Numbered from the whole stretch's first letter, positions 14,243 to 28,415 are shown. The stretch: DNA of 63,064 nucleotides, filler included, from Octopus bimaculoides (GCF_001194135.2; 6 parts of 6 records of this genome joined end to end with filler, not necessarily neighbours in it); one strand, 5' to 3'. Notes: generated from the letters alone by a model not told the origin. Translations and numbers: made by a program.

Positions 14243-14876
14243 CATACACACATGAATAAGGAATAGAGACAATTCATATATTCATGTACATATACATACA
14301 TACATATATACATACATACCTATATATATTTATATATATATATATATATATACATGTATATGAAATGTCTTTATATTCATTATGTTCAGGGCCTAAAGCT
14401 GGGACACATGAAAATGTCACTTGTTGATGAATTACGCGCGTATACATAAACACTAAAAGCACATACAAACACATCCGCATACATGTACACGCGCACGCAC
14501 GCATACACGCATATATCAACGGATAAAGAGACATCAAGCAAGTTTCTCTTTCAAAATGTCTTCAAGGAAATATTAAATACGTTCTATGTGATGTATGATG
14601 TTTTGAAATTTTCAGAAACGCCTAGCGGGAATAGATAAAGGTATATCGCCCGGAATATGGCATAAGCGACTCCAAAGACCTAAGTGAACTTTTAGTTGGG
14701 AGTGCAGCTGGTTTCTCAGAGGGTATTCTGGGAGATGTGTTGAACGAATCAATTTAGAGAATCATTTTCAACGACTCACCAAGATTTAGATTCATACATA
14801 GCTGCATATCTATCCATGTGTCATTGAGTGTGTGTGATGTGCTTGTGTGTGAGTGTGTGTGTGCGTGTGTAACTGC

Positions 14877-14916
<40 letters not shown>

Positions 14917-15575
14917 NNNNNNNNNNNNNNNNNNNNNNNNNNNNNNNNNNNNNNNNNNNNNNNNNNNNNNNNNNNNNNNNNNNNNNNNNNNNNNNNNNNN
15001 NNNNNNNNNNNNNNNNNNNNNNNNNNNNNNNNNNNNNNNNNNNNNNNNNNNNNNNNNNNNNNNNNNNNNNNNNNNNNNNNNNNNNNNNNNNNNNNNNNNN
15101 NNNNNNNNNNNNNNNNNNNNNNNNNNNNNNNNNNNNNNNNNNNNNNNNNNNNNNNNNNNNNNNNNNNNNNNNNNNNNNNNNNNNNNNNNNNNNNNNNNNN
15201 NNNNNNNNNNNNNNNNNNNNNNNNNNNNNNNNNNNNNNNNNNNNNNNNNNNNNNNNNNNNNNNNNNNNNNNNNNNNNNNNNNNNNNNNNNNNNNNNNNNN
15301 NNNNNNNNNNNNNNNNNNNNNNNNNNNNNNNNNNNNNNNNNNNNNNNNNNNNNNNNNNNNNNNNNNNNNNNNNNNNNNNNNNNNNNNNNNNNNNNNNNNN
15401 NNNNNNNNNNNNNNNNNNNNNNNNNNNNNNNNNNNNNNNNNNNNNNNNNNNNNNNNNNNNNNNNNNNNNNNNNNNNNNNNNNNNNNNNNNNNNNNNNNNN
15501 NNNNNNNNNNNNNNNNNNNNNNNNNNNNNNNNNNNNNNNNNNNNNNNNNNNNNNNNNNNNNNNNNNNNNNNNNNN

Positions 15576-15619
<44 letters not shown>

Positions 15620-15845
15620 TATCAGAGAGAAACACAGATTCATATATATGTATGTATACACGCACACGTGTGTTTGTGTATATGTGCGTCTGTGTGCGTG
15701 TACTTCTGTATGCATGCATACATACATTTGTTTGTACATACATATTTATACAAACTTATATACTTGAGGCGGCAACCATATATCAGTTCGTTTTTAATCT
15801 GTGTGCCCACATCTTTCTGTTTATCGTTTTGCTCCCTTCTGTATA

Positions 15846-15889
<44 letters not shown>

Positions 15890-16127
15890 TGTATGTATAT
15901 ATGTACGTATGTATGTATGTATGTGAGTATATATGTATGTAGTTGGGTTTACACAATATACACACACGGCGATAGAAACAGTGAGACATACATATATGCA
16001 GGCAAACTTATATATACATATATATATATACACATATATACATGTATATATAAATTCATATACTTATATATTATGTATGATCTCTTCGTGTAAATTTAAG
16101 TATAAATACGCACCCATAAAAACTTAA

Positions 16128-16177
<50 letters not shown>

Positions 16178-16967
16178 NNNNNNNNNNNNNNNNNNNNNNN
16201 NNNNNNNNNNNNNNNNNNNNNNNNNNNNNNNNNNNNNNNNNNNNNNNNNNNNNNNNNNNNNNNNNNNNNNNNNNNNNNNNNNNNNNNNNNNNNNNNNNNN
16301 NNNNNNNNNNNNNNNNNNNNNNNNNNNNNNNNNNNNNNNNNNNNNNNNNNNNNNNNNNNNNNNNNNNNNNNNNNNNNNNNNNNNNNNNNNNNNNNNNNNN
16401 NNNNNNNNNNNNNNNNNNNNNNNNNNNNNNNNNNNNNNNNNNNNNNNNNNNNNNNNNNNNNNNNNNNNNNNNNNNNNNNNNNNNNNNNNNNNNNNNNNNN
16501 NNNNNNNNNNNNNNNNNNNNNNNNNNNNNNNNNNNNNNNNNNNNNNNNNNNNNNNNNNNNNNNNNNNNNNNNNNNNNNNNNNNNNNNNNNNNNNNNNNNN
16601 NNNNNNNNNNNNNNNNNNNNNNNNNNNNNNNNNNNNNNNNNNNNNNNNNNNNNNNNNNNNNNNNNNNNNNNNNNNNNNNNNNNNNNNNNNNNNNNNNNNN
16701 NNNNNNNNNNNNNNNNNNNNNNNNNNNNNNNNNNNNNNNNNNNNNNNNNNNNNNNNNNNNNNNNNNNNNNNNNNNNNNNNNNNNNNNNNNNNNNNNNNNN
16801 NNNNNNNNNNNNNNNNNNNNNNNNNNNNNNNNNNNNNNNNNNNNNNNNNNNNNNNNNNNNNNNNNNNNNNNNNNNNNNNNNNNNNNNNNNNNNNNNNNNN
16901 NNNNNNNNNNNNNNNNNNNNNNNNNNNNNNNNNNNNNNNNNNNNNNNNNNNGTATACATATGCGTGC

Positions 16968-16998
<31 letters not shown>

Positions 16999-18654
16999 CG
17001 TGTGTGTGTGCTAATGTTACCAAGTGGATTAATTATTGTTTGTATAATGTGTTTAATTAGCATCTGTTCTGTTTGACTCTCACATCTCTCCAATTCCTAA
17101 TGTGAACCCCTGCTGTCCACTCTCAACACCGAAAAACTCCATGCTATTGTAAGTAAATACAATAATTGTAGGCTTTCATCGTTATCTTTCAACTATTCGT
17201 TCGTTTATTCATTCATACATTCTTACATTCCCGAACTCCTTTAATATGTTATTCCTCTACCTTGTCATTTTTCTCCTTTCTCTCTCTCTCTCCCTCTCTC
17301 TCTCAAGCACGGTCTCTTACAACCGCAAACACAACTACTACCACCACTACCACCAACAGCAACAAAACAACATCACGGCTTCCAGTACTAGATTTTAAAA
17401 ATTTATAAACGCACGGTTGTTATACATATGTGCGTGTATGCTCTTCTGTGCGTGTGTACGTATAAATGCATGTATATGTGCACACGCCCACACACGAGTA
17501 GATCGATCCGTAAAGGAAGGAAAATAGTGTTCAACACATTAAGTTGGGGATGCATGTTTTTCTGCGGATGTGCCCATGACTACGAAACTTTGAGTAATGT
17601 GGAGCTAAGTCAACACGCTGTGTGCCAGTGAGTGAGTGTGCGAGGGTATGCGTGTGAGTGGTAGTGTATGGGCTGGGTGTGTAAGCGTGTGTCTGTAAAA
17701 TATTAAGCGAGACTGGTATTTTTTATTACTCTTTTACTTGTTTCAGTCATTTGACTGTGGCCATGCTGGAGCACCGCCTTTAGTCGAGCAAATCGACACC
17801 AGGACTTATTCTTTGTAAGCCTAGTACTTATTCTATTGGTCTCTTTTGCCGAACCGCTAAGTTACGGGGACGTAAACACACCAGCATTGGTTGTCAAGCG
17901 ATGTTGTGGGGGGACAACCACAGATACACANNNNNNNNNNNNNNNNNNNNNNNNNNNNNNNNNNNNNNNNNNNNNNNNNNNNNNNNNNNNNNNNNNNNNN
18001 NNNNNNNNNNNNNNNNNNNNNNNNNNNNNNNNNNNNNNNNNNNNNNNNNNNNNNNNNNNNNNNNNNNNNNNNNNNNNNNNNNNNNNNNNNNNNNNNNNNN
18101 NNNNNNNNNNNNNNNNNNNNNNNNNNNNNNNNNNNNNNNNNNNNNNNNNNNNNNNNNNNNNNNNNNNNNNNNNNNNNNNNNNNNNNNNNNNNNNNNNNNN
18201 NNNNCCTACGCCTATAATATAAACAACATTTCTATTCCATTGCTGTCCCGTCTTCAGGATGAAGTGATGATGGGATATGTTACTGTCACTTTATATACCA
18301 CGCTAGGTCAAGCTGTTTAAGGTAGAACTGTGACGCATGATGCGGCAGCCCAGGTGAACCACTAATGACTACGAAACTTCAAGTAATGCGAAGTTAACAT
18401 GTTATGAAACATCTGTGTGCATGCGTGCGTGTGGATATGTGTGTGTGTACGTGCGTGTATGCATGTGCGTGCGCGCGTCTTGGAAGTTCTGTGTGCGGAT
18501 AGTTTATACAGATGTATGGAGAACAGGATTTTTTTCTCATTTTAACCTCACCAAAGTTTTGTGGACCACACCAATTGTAATTTTTAAGGAATATATAAGT
18601 TTAGCAAGAAGTTTGTTTTAAGGGGCCTAAAACTAACACTGTCTGCTTACACAG

Positions 18655-18841
18655 CAGTGGTTCTCAACCGGGATCCAAAATACAGAAAATATCTTAATTT
18701 TTATACGATCCCTAATAATATTTAAGTATAAATGTATGCTGTTGTTTTTCTTTTTTTTGTTTTCTCAAATAGTTAAGGGGTCCATCTGAGTAAAATAGGG
18801 ATCAAAGGGGTCCATAGGCAAAAAATGTTTGGGAACCTCTC
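18655..18841. mobile_element. hAT (Charlie-like) MITE
   Basis: TIR CAGTGGTTCTCAACC with degenerate right end GTTTGGGAACCTCTC (11/15); 8-bp TSD TTACACAG/TTATACAG. Confidence 0.8.
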
Positions 18842-18862
18842 TTATACAGCATCAACAAAAGT

Positions 18863-19232
18863 AATTACCTCCGCCTCAGCGAAGGTGGAGGTATTGTTTT
18901 CAGTCGTATTTGTTCGTTTGTCTGTTCGTGGATAAGATATCTCTAGAACCACTGGACGGATTCAGATGAAACTTTCAGAGATGTTTGGCCTCGTGACGCG
19001 TACAAACTAATTAGATTTTGGAATCGATCCGGTTCCGGACAAGGATTCTGGATTATTTTTCCTGTTTTTACTTAATTTTTGAGCGTGGTCAGGTTCATTT
19101 CTAGTATTCTCATTTGTGAGAGAGGTCGTCTTTATTTCAGATAGTCTCATTTTAAAAACCATATCTAGCTAATCATTGAGAGGACGTTGTTGTTACCTCG
19201 GTGGAGGTTTGTGCTCTCACAGTGCTCTTGTT
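18863..19232 (+). mobile_element. Helentron-type non-autonomous element (HINE/DINE-like)
   Basis: 5' ACCTCCGCC with inverted GGTGGAGGT at 18884-18892 and again at 19200-19208 (subterminal IR), then a short imperfect hairpin and T-rich end; internal GTTTGTCTGTT tract. Confidence 0.7.
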
Positions 19233-19619
19233 TATATATATGTATATATTTATGCCATATTCTGAAGGATCAGGTCGGGAAGATTCTCAGGCACGTGACA
19301 AAAGCTTCTTATAACACCATGGGTCAGTGAAAATAAGGACAAACTACACATGTCAGAGTTTTATGAATAAATGTTATTTGTCATCTCGCATAATGGGTAG
19401 AATTTATATTCTAAACTCACATGGGTAACATCTAGAAATACGGTAGCCATACAATTATTATAATTTAAATTTTATCAAATTTCTTGGTGCTCATATAAAA
19501 TGGTGAAATGAATAGTAATTTTTAAAAAGGAAAAAATATTTATTACCTGGAAATAAGAATTAAATTTCTCATTTCTATAACTCCTCCGAGACTACTAAGT
19601 AGTTAATTCCCCCTACTTC

Positions 19620-19910
19620 CCTTCTCTTCCTTATGCTCCTCCTCCTCTCTTCCTCCTCCTCTCCTCTTTCTCCTCCCCTCCTCCTCTTTCTCCTCCCCTC
19701 CTCCTCTTTCTCCTCCTCCTCATTTACCTCCCCTCATCCTCCTCCTCATCATTCTCCTCCTCTTCGTCATTCTCCTCCTCCTCGTCATTCTCCTCCTCCT
19801 CTTTCTCCTCCTCCTCTTGTTCCTCGTCCTCTTCCTCTTCCTCCCCTTCTCCTGCCCTCCTCATACTCGTCTTCCTCCACTCTTATTTCTCCTCTTCTCT
19901 CTTTCAATGA
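19620..19910. repeat. (CCT/TCT)n polypyrimidine low-complexity tract
   Basis: Direct reading; source of the spurious Pro/Ser/Leu ORF at 19633-20055. Confidence 0.9.
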
Positions 19911-20256
19911 TTCATCATCTCTCATTGCGCGTCTGTTCGTCTCTGTGTCTGTATATATGTGTGTACGTGTGTACGTTTGCGCGCAGCGTTGTTTTACTCA
20001 TTGCCTAGCACCGAGCCTAATACATGCACACATTGCGCACCCTTTTACGCGTTAACTCACCCTGCTTCTCTCTTCTTATTCTCTTCCTCCCCCCACTTCT
20101 GTCTATTAGATAAAAAGCGTTAACTGAAGAAGCCAACAACACATCCAAAACGCAAGCAACGTTCATATCTTTTTTGCTATTTCAGTGCGGTATTAATATA
20201 AGAACGGAACAAAATAAAAAGAAAAAGAAAAAAACAACAAAAAGAAATCATTTTAA

Positions 20257-20450
20257 ATGATTAGCCCCTGTCCTCCGAAAAACATTAAAAGAAAATGCAA
20301 TGATGATAACTTCTTGGTAGGCTTCGAGTCTGGTGGCAACTGGCCAGTTTGTATTGAATGTGGTATAAATCTTACTAATGATTCTAAGAAAACAAAAACT
20401 GAACTAGAATTTTTATTAGTAAAGAAAATATCTATTGTCTTCCGGTAAAG
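20257..20450 (+). pseudogene. hAT/Buster-like transposase N-terminal fragment
   Basis: KRKCNDDNFLVGF...PVCIECGINLTNDSKK...LEFLLVKK resembles the Buster/ZBED5 N-terminus (KRKY.DDY...GF..PQCVICG..LANDSMKP). Confidence 0.55.
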
Positions 20451-20521
20451 AAAGGCAGAAATTTGAAAAAAAAAGAGAAAATGATGATGATGATGATGAT
20501 GATGATAATAATAATAATAAT

Positions 20522-20579
<58 letters not shown>

Positions 20580-21230
20580 NNNNNNNNNNNNNNNNNNNNN
20601 NNNNNNNNNNNNNNNNNNNNNNNNNNNNNNNNNNNNNNNNNNNNNNNNNNNNNNNNNNNNNNNNNNNNNNNNNNNNNNNNNNNNNNNNNNNNNNNNNNNN
20701 NNNNNNNNNNNNNNNNNNNNNNNNNNNNNNNNNNNNNNNNNNNNNNNNNNNNNNNNNNNNNNNNNNNNNNNNNNNNNNNNNNNNNNNNNNNNNNNNNNNN
20801 NNNNNNNNNNNNNNNNNNNNNNNNNNNNNNNNNNNNNNNNNNNNNNNNNNNNNNNNNNNNNNNNNNNNNNNNNNNNNNNNNNNNNNNNNNNNNNNNNNNN
20901 NNNNNNNNNNNNNNNNNNNNNNNNNNNNNNNNNNNNNNNNNNNNNNNNNNNNNNNNNNNNNNNNNNNNNNNNNNNNNNNNNNNNNNNNNNNNNNNNNNNN
21001 NNNNNNNNNNNNNNNNNNNNNNNNNNNNNNNNNNNNNNNNNNNNNNNNNNNNNNNNNNNNNNNNNNNNNNNNNNNNNNNNNNNNNNNNNNNNNNNNNNNN
21101 NNNNNNNNNNNNNNNNNNNNNNNNNNNNNNNNNNNNNNNNNNNNNNNNNNNNNNNNNNNNNNNNNNNNNNNNNNNNNNNNNNNNNNNNNNNNNNNNNNNN
21201 NNNNNNNNNNNNNNNNNNNNNNNNNNNNNN

Positions 21231-21265
<35 letters not shown>

Positions 21266-21619
21266 GGAGAGAGAAAAAAATGTTGTATATATATATATAT
21301 TCAATGTGTGGAACCGTTAATCCCAACACATTTTTGTTCTCTCTCCGTTTCTCTCTATCTCTCTCTTTCTCTCTCCATTTTCTTCCGTCTCATCGCATTC
21401 TGTAAGAAAGAGAGAGAGCGTAGGCTCGAAACAGCAAAATCTGTAAAGTATGCGTGTATGTATATACAATTGTGTGTGTGTAACTGTGTGTGTGTGTCAA
21501 ATAGACAAAAATAGACGAACATTTACCAACACAGTGAAATAGTCATACAAAACCTTAAACACACGTATAAAAACACGTATGCATTCGTTTTATTATCTAA
21601 TAACCACAACCAATTTCCG

Positions 21620-23915
21620 ATTTCCCGGAGGAAGGTGCTATAAGGTAGCGTACCACCATGATGGATAAAATAACACTGGATGTTTCACTAAAGGACATAC
21701 CTTTATCCAGTAGGAAGGATTATTTATATACGTGACCTTTTGGAGAAAATCAACAATTTGTACGTAGAATGCGGTGGAAAGCTTTCTTCTTTGACAAGGA
21801 GCTTAAATCAAATGACAAACCTGAACATTGTGACCGACTAAGAAAAGTATTCAAATCTAGGAGGAACCCACTGACTAACCAACACCTAACCAGATTTGAA
21901 GAGGAATTATATCGTATGGTTAAGAACGTGAAGTTCAGGAAGTACCCTAGAAGGTGTAATGTATATCAGTAGAAAATCAGAAAATTATTTATCGACTTCA
22001 AGAAAGCTTCAAGGATACTTGTATCAGCGGATAAAACAAGTAACATTTACATTGTTGATATTGAGTTATATAACTGTTTGATTAGGAAGGAATTACACAG
22101 CAAATAGAAAGACGGTATTAACGACATATTAAAAAGAAAGAAAAATACAGTGTTATAAATCGATAGAGGTTTAGCTATAGATGATAGAACCGAGCCATAC
22201 GTCCCTAGAAAACCCCGGATTATGCTTAAGGACCATAAGCCTAATTTTATTATTGACCCCCTAGTTTGATTTGTTCTTCTAAATCTGATACAGGCATTAT
22301 TAGTAAAAAAAAAAAATATTGATGGGATAATACCTGGCCTTTAGTCTAAAATTAGATTAGCTCTCTTGTCTGAAACCCAAGAGGTACTTGGATGGTTTAA
22401 GCTTCTAGAAATTAGTAAGAATAATAAATTCTTGTAATTATATAGAGAGAAGTATTATGCCATTATTAACTCGATCGTCCTTAATAAAGCCTTGATTTAT
22501 AGCATGAGAAATTGCGATTTGTCCCGACGCGAAATAGATATAATACTTGCTACACGAGTCACTTTAGTAAATTTTGATGGTAGCTTAAGAAGTAGACTAG
22601 ATAGGGAGAATGCTTTTGATATAGCAATGGGATCATCTCACTCTGCACGGGTCACAGACTTAGTCGGAATATGTATTCTTTCATTAATCCAGTCTTCATT
22701 TCCGGAAGTATCAGGTATCATCTATATAGAAGTAGCAAAGTACAATTAGAAAGGCGTACGATAAATTTCTTTAGATTTAAAAAAAAAGTTAGGACTAAAC
22801 ATTACAATGCGAAAATATTATCGTAGAGTAAATTTTCTTGACGCTCCTTTCTGTCTTGATGCCGAATCATTTTATAAGTACATTAACATAGCATACAACC
22901 ATCCACCCTCGATTATACGGGGATTAGTTACGAATATTTCTACAAGAATTTCTAGATTACCCACAGATTTTCGAATCACATGCAGCTTATCATAATGCTA
23001 CTGCTTTAGCTATGGCTGGCTACCGTGAAAAAATTCGATATATACAAGAAGCAGGCATGTACAACACTGGTAATTCCTCCAATAGTAATACACATTGTAC
23101 GTCATCACAACTTCACGGTATGAGAACTCACTCAGATAGAGAATATAGGCCAGGAAGAATTGGTCAAGACAATGACGACCAACGAAAACTCATAGACACA
23201 CGTGACATGATAATCCAACTGCTTGTTCCAATCCTATACAACACACTCGATCAAATAAGCTTTAGAACAGATATATGAATCAGGATTTCCTCTGGTTCAA
23301 CCCAATTTTCGGTTCGCGTGTTTCAAACAACATCGGTGGAAAATTTATTGCCGCTTTGAACAAATGTTTTCCTAAATCTAATCGATATCATGCTATTTTT
23401 GATTGGCACACTGTGAAGGTTTCCTACGCTAACTCTGGTAATTTAGAGCAGCTTATGCTCCACGTAAACAATAGTAAAATACGACAAAAATTTAATAACC
23501 CGCCTACTGGATCTAGCTAACATACGCATTTAAAGGAGGTGTAAACTGCAATGTAAAGCACCAATTACGGCCAAATTGCAATAGTAGAAATGCTTATGAT
23601 ATAGCTAACATGGAAACAACCTCGGAAAATGGAGTCAGGACTGCCATACTTACATATAAATATGATAAATTCTCATGCAGAGAAAAATCAAAATGCCCAT
23701 TGACGAACCTGTATGAGTACAAATCTAGTATATAAATGTACCATGCACACAAGGGGAGGGCCGTATGTTTACATTGGGCAGACGGCTGATTCATTTAAGA
23801 ATCGTTATTGCAACTTTGTCACCAAGTTTAAGAGCATTAATAAGAGACATTCAACATCTTTGACCGATTTTGTATGGTGACTGAAGGAGGATAAAATTAA
23901 GTACAATATAATTTG
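21620..23915 (+). mobile_element. Penelope-like element, near full length, decayed
   Basis: KDIPLSSRKDY / MRWKAFFF / VSADKTSNIY / WFNPIFG..KVSY / YKCTM..YVYIGQTADSFKNRY (GIY-YIG); many stops; 3' end lost in a gap. Confidence 0.85.
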
Positions 23916-25904
23916 TCCATATATATACATATATATGTATATATATAGATCGGNNNNNNNNNNNNNNNNNNNNNNNNNNNNNNNNNNNNNNNNNNNNNNN
24001 NNNNNNNNNNNNNNNNNNNNNNNNNNNNNNNNNNNNNNNNNNNNNNNNNNNNNNNNNNNNNNNNNNNNNNNNNNNNNNNNNNNNNNNAATTATAGTGTGC
24101 TTATGTATTTAAATTGAGATAAGAAAATAAATTGTAGATGCAGACACAAAGGCCACGATAGATAAATGAATAAATAATCATGCAGAAAGAATCTTACTCC
24201 TTTCTTATTTCCCTCTTGGTGCCTTAACGATTAATCTCATCGTTTATAGAACATCTACCACTTACCTTTATTTAAATTCTCTCCCTCTAATAAATCGTTC
24301 CCATTTGCATCTACACGTAGCAGTACTGTCTTAAGGTACAGCGACACTGCACATGTTTCCGGTGGCATCACGGATCTAGATGCTTAATTCTGATCTGCGT
24401 ATGCGGTCGTTTGTTATCAATAAATAAATACTATAAGACCAACCGCAATGAATGGCTCGGAAGCCTATAATGCTGCTGACACAGCCCTGGTGCAAGGTTG
24501 TAATAAACATTCAATTGGCCCTCAGTAATTTAAATTAGCCACAGTCTAAATATGGGTCAGAAGCTTTAAGAAACCCTTCAGCATCATGAACATTGCATCG
24601 ATAGCGTCGTTTGGAAGGATCCTGTGAAAAGGTGTCCAAATCATGACTGTATACACACACACATACACACATACACACACTCATACACACACAAATATAC
24701 ATACATACATATATATATATATAAGACAAAATAGAGAGAAAAAACTACAGAAGACTTGTGTTATATGGTTAAAGAATATATTAAAAGCGTTATGTTAGAA
24801 AAATGTTATAAAAATGTTATANNNNNNNNNNNNNNNNNNNNNNNNNNNNNNNNNNNNNNNNNNNNNNNNNNNNNNNNNNNNNNNNNNNNNNNNNNNNNNN
24901 NNNNNNNNNNNNNNNNNNNNNNNNNNNNNNNNNNNNNNNNNNNNNNNNNNNNNNNNNNNNNNNNNNNNNNNNNNNNNNNNNNATATATATAAATAAAGGT
25001 GCAGCCATGGCTGTGTGGTAAGTAACTCGTTTCCAGAACACAAGTGACTTCTACTATGTCGTCGGAGCAACTAAAGCTTTGTGAATGGAATTGGTAGACG
25101 GAAACTGACTGAAAGAAGCCAGTTGTACACACACACACACACACACACACAGACACACACACGCACACACACTCACACGCATACACGCACACACTCACAG
25201 ATATATGTGTAACTTAATAGAAACAGCTAGGCGCAATAAAGTTAAATAAAGGAAAAAAATGATTAATTGTGACAGATGTTGCCGAAGCACCTATATTGTT
25301 GGAAATAAGAGTTAAAGACTTTTAATGCTATTAAGGACTCTTCTTACATTATTAAGAGTCTCTAACTTTTGTTTATAGCAATATATGTGCTTCGGCTCCT
25401 TCAGTGGCATTTAGTAGCAATGAAATATGTATGTATGTGTATGCCTGTGTGTGTCTGTCTATTTTTTGTCTGTCTGTCTTCGTGTTTGAGTTTGTCCCCT
25501 ACCACTGCTTGACAGCCTGTGTTGGTGTGATTGCACTCCCGTAATCTAGCGGTTCAGCAAAAGGGAACCATATAATAAGTACCATATTGGACAAAAATTA
25601 AGCAGTGCGGTAGCATAGCTGATGTCTAATGACTGAAGCAAGTAAAAGACAAAAGATAAAGATATATGTATGTATGTCCCTTCTATTTTTTAATTATTAT
25701 AAATCTTCTGCTCAGGAGAGAGCTGCTTTCCAATAAAGACACAAGGCTCCATCTTTGAGATGTAGTTAATACAGACAAATCCACATTTGGAAATTGAGAA
25801 AAGTCTATCTACGGTAGAAAGGCCTATCTACGGCGTAATTTAAATATATAACTGTAGGAATATTTTGGTTAGATCATAAATTATAAAGTAAAAAATAAAA
25901 ATAA

Positions 25905-25995
25905 AAATCTCTGGAATTACAGAACTTGAAATGATAACAGTTAAATAAATTATGGTCAACTGTTATCATTTTAAGTTCTATAACTCCCGGGATTT
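25905..25995. repeat. 38-bp imperfect inverted repeat with 15-nt loop
   Basis: Arms 25905-25942 and 25958-25995 are 33/38 complementary. Confidence 0.9.
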
Positions 25996-26360
25996 CACCT
26001 TACCGAAATACTCCTACAGTTATTATATATTTAACTTTCGCCGGCAGTAGCCTTTCTCCCCCATAGATATACATGTACTACTAAGTATTATAACTATTCT
26101 AATTGTATAACTAAATTTTTCAGTCGGTTGAAAGGTTTTCAGATGGTTAACATGTAACATCAATTGGCATATTCTTATTTTCTCTTTTTCTTTTGTTTTC
26201 TCTTTTCATTTTCTTTATTTTTCTGCTCTGATGAAGTTTTACTATTTATATAAATATATATTTATATGTTTATATATGTATATATGTATATATATGTATG
26301 TATGTTTGTATGTCTGTATATATATGTATATATACATAAGCGCATGTGTTTGTCTATCTC

Positions 26361-26399
<39 letters not shown>

Positions 26400-28415
26400 C
26401 TATGTATGTATGCATACATATATGCATACACACACACGCGCGCACACATACGCAGAACGTGGCAAATGAGTGGCAGCGGGAGTGGTTCATTATGACACCA
26501 AATGCATATTAATTCATTCGTTGCTTAATTAGTTATAAATTCATTAATTCATCTCTTCCAATACACTTATAAAAGAATATATTGTGCAACTAAAATAATT
26601 ATTTATGCAGATATTTCTTACATTTTAATCTCTCCCACCTCTTCCTTTCTCTCCCCTCTCTCACACACACACATTCTCGCTCCCTCTATATATCTGGCAG
26701 TGATACATATACACATACTTATAAATGCACATAAATACATAAATATATATGTATGTGTATGTGCATGAGTGTATATATATATATATATATATNNNNNNNN
26801 NNNNNNNNNNNNNNNNNNNNNNNNNNNNNNNNNNNNNNNNNNNNNNNNNNNNNNNNNNNNNNNNNNNNNNNNNNNNNNNNNNNNNNNNNNNNNNNNNNNN
26901 NNNNNNNNNNNNNNNNNNNNNNNNNNNNNNNNNNNNNNNTATATATAAATATATATACAGATATAGGGCAGGGAATCGTCAATTAGTAATAAAATTAATA
27001 ATTAACAATTTTGCCAAGTAGTTCAGTATGAAAAAACCTTTATCGGTAAAACCATTTATAATCATAAATATACAGGGATTAGCAGGAGTTGCTTCTCCAA
27101 CATACTGAAAATTTAGAAATAGCAGTCAAAGAACTACTGATTCCAAACTACAATTTTTTTCTCTAACGGGTGGCGATATTTATGGCACACACAGAACATG
27201 TATATGGACATGTATATGGACATGTATATGCATATATAAATCTTCTATCCTGTCCTAGTAGCAGTCATATTGAAAGTGGCCATATTGGGGCACCACCTTC
27301 AAGGGTTTTTAGTCGAACAAATTGACCCCAGGACTTATATTTCACGCATAGCACTTATCCCGATAACTTTAGCTGAACCACTAGTTACAGAGACATAAAC
27401 ACACCAGCACCGATTGTCAAACGGTGGTGGGGAACAAAGACAGACACAAAGACACGCACACATGCATGTATGTGTGTGTGAGTGTGTGTGTATATATATA
27501 CATATATATGGAGAGAGAAACAGAGAGAGTTAGATTGATATAGATAGATATGCATATATATATATATATATANNNNNNNNNNNNNNNNNNNNNNNNNNNN
27601 NNNNNNNNNNNNNNNNTTAATTAATTAANNNNNNNNNNNNNNNNNNNNNNNNNNNNNNNNNNNNNNNNNNNNCACACACACGTTTTTAATGATATTTGCA
27701 ATCATTTTTTTTTTCAATGTTTTATAACTTTATAGTTGAAATATATAAATACATATAAATTTGAAAATTAAAGATAACTTTATTTTAGGTAAAAATAAAA
27801 AAGAAATTGATATTTTCTTCTTTCAAATTCCCTGAATGTTAAACAATAGGCTGATATCAAAATATTCAAATACTAAGAGTGAATGTGGACCCTTTCAGGT
27901 ATATGTATTTAATGAAATTAACTACTATCCCCTTCAAGGAAACCCGAGTACAACTATGATTCATACTCGTCTGTATTGACTTTTAAGGTTTTTTTATCAA
28001 GACACTACTCCCTCCCCACTGTATTGGATTTTCTGCTCTTCTAAAGGGCAATTGTAGGTGCATTTTTAAATATATCAGTCAAAAACGTATATGATTTAAA
28101 ACAAATACATGTATTTGTCTATATTTTTTTTTGATGAAGTATGTAATAGCAAAAATAATAATAATAATTACAAGTACTATCATCATTATTGTTGTTCTTT
28201 TGTTTTCAGACTTTATCATTATTATTATTATTATTATTATTTGATGAAATTTCTCAGCTTATTTTGCTGGGTATGATGGAAAGTGTCAGCTGTCCACAGC
28301 CAGTAGACTAAGGTGACACCTGTTTACTGATATCATGCTTCAAGAACCTTGCAGAGAACTCTTACAGTTCAACACAATGATGATTTTTTTGTAGGTGTTC
28401 TATCTTTACATTTGT

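Noticed and set aside
19633-20055. Proline-rich 140-aa ORF
   Set aside because: Product of a (CCT)n low-complexity tract.
28311-28390. In-frame TGA as selenocysteine (…SRLR-U-HLFTD…)
   Set aside because: No match to selenoprotein motifs I know, no SECIS seen, and AG|GTGACA is a plausible splice donor at the same place.
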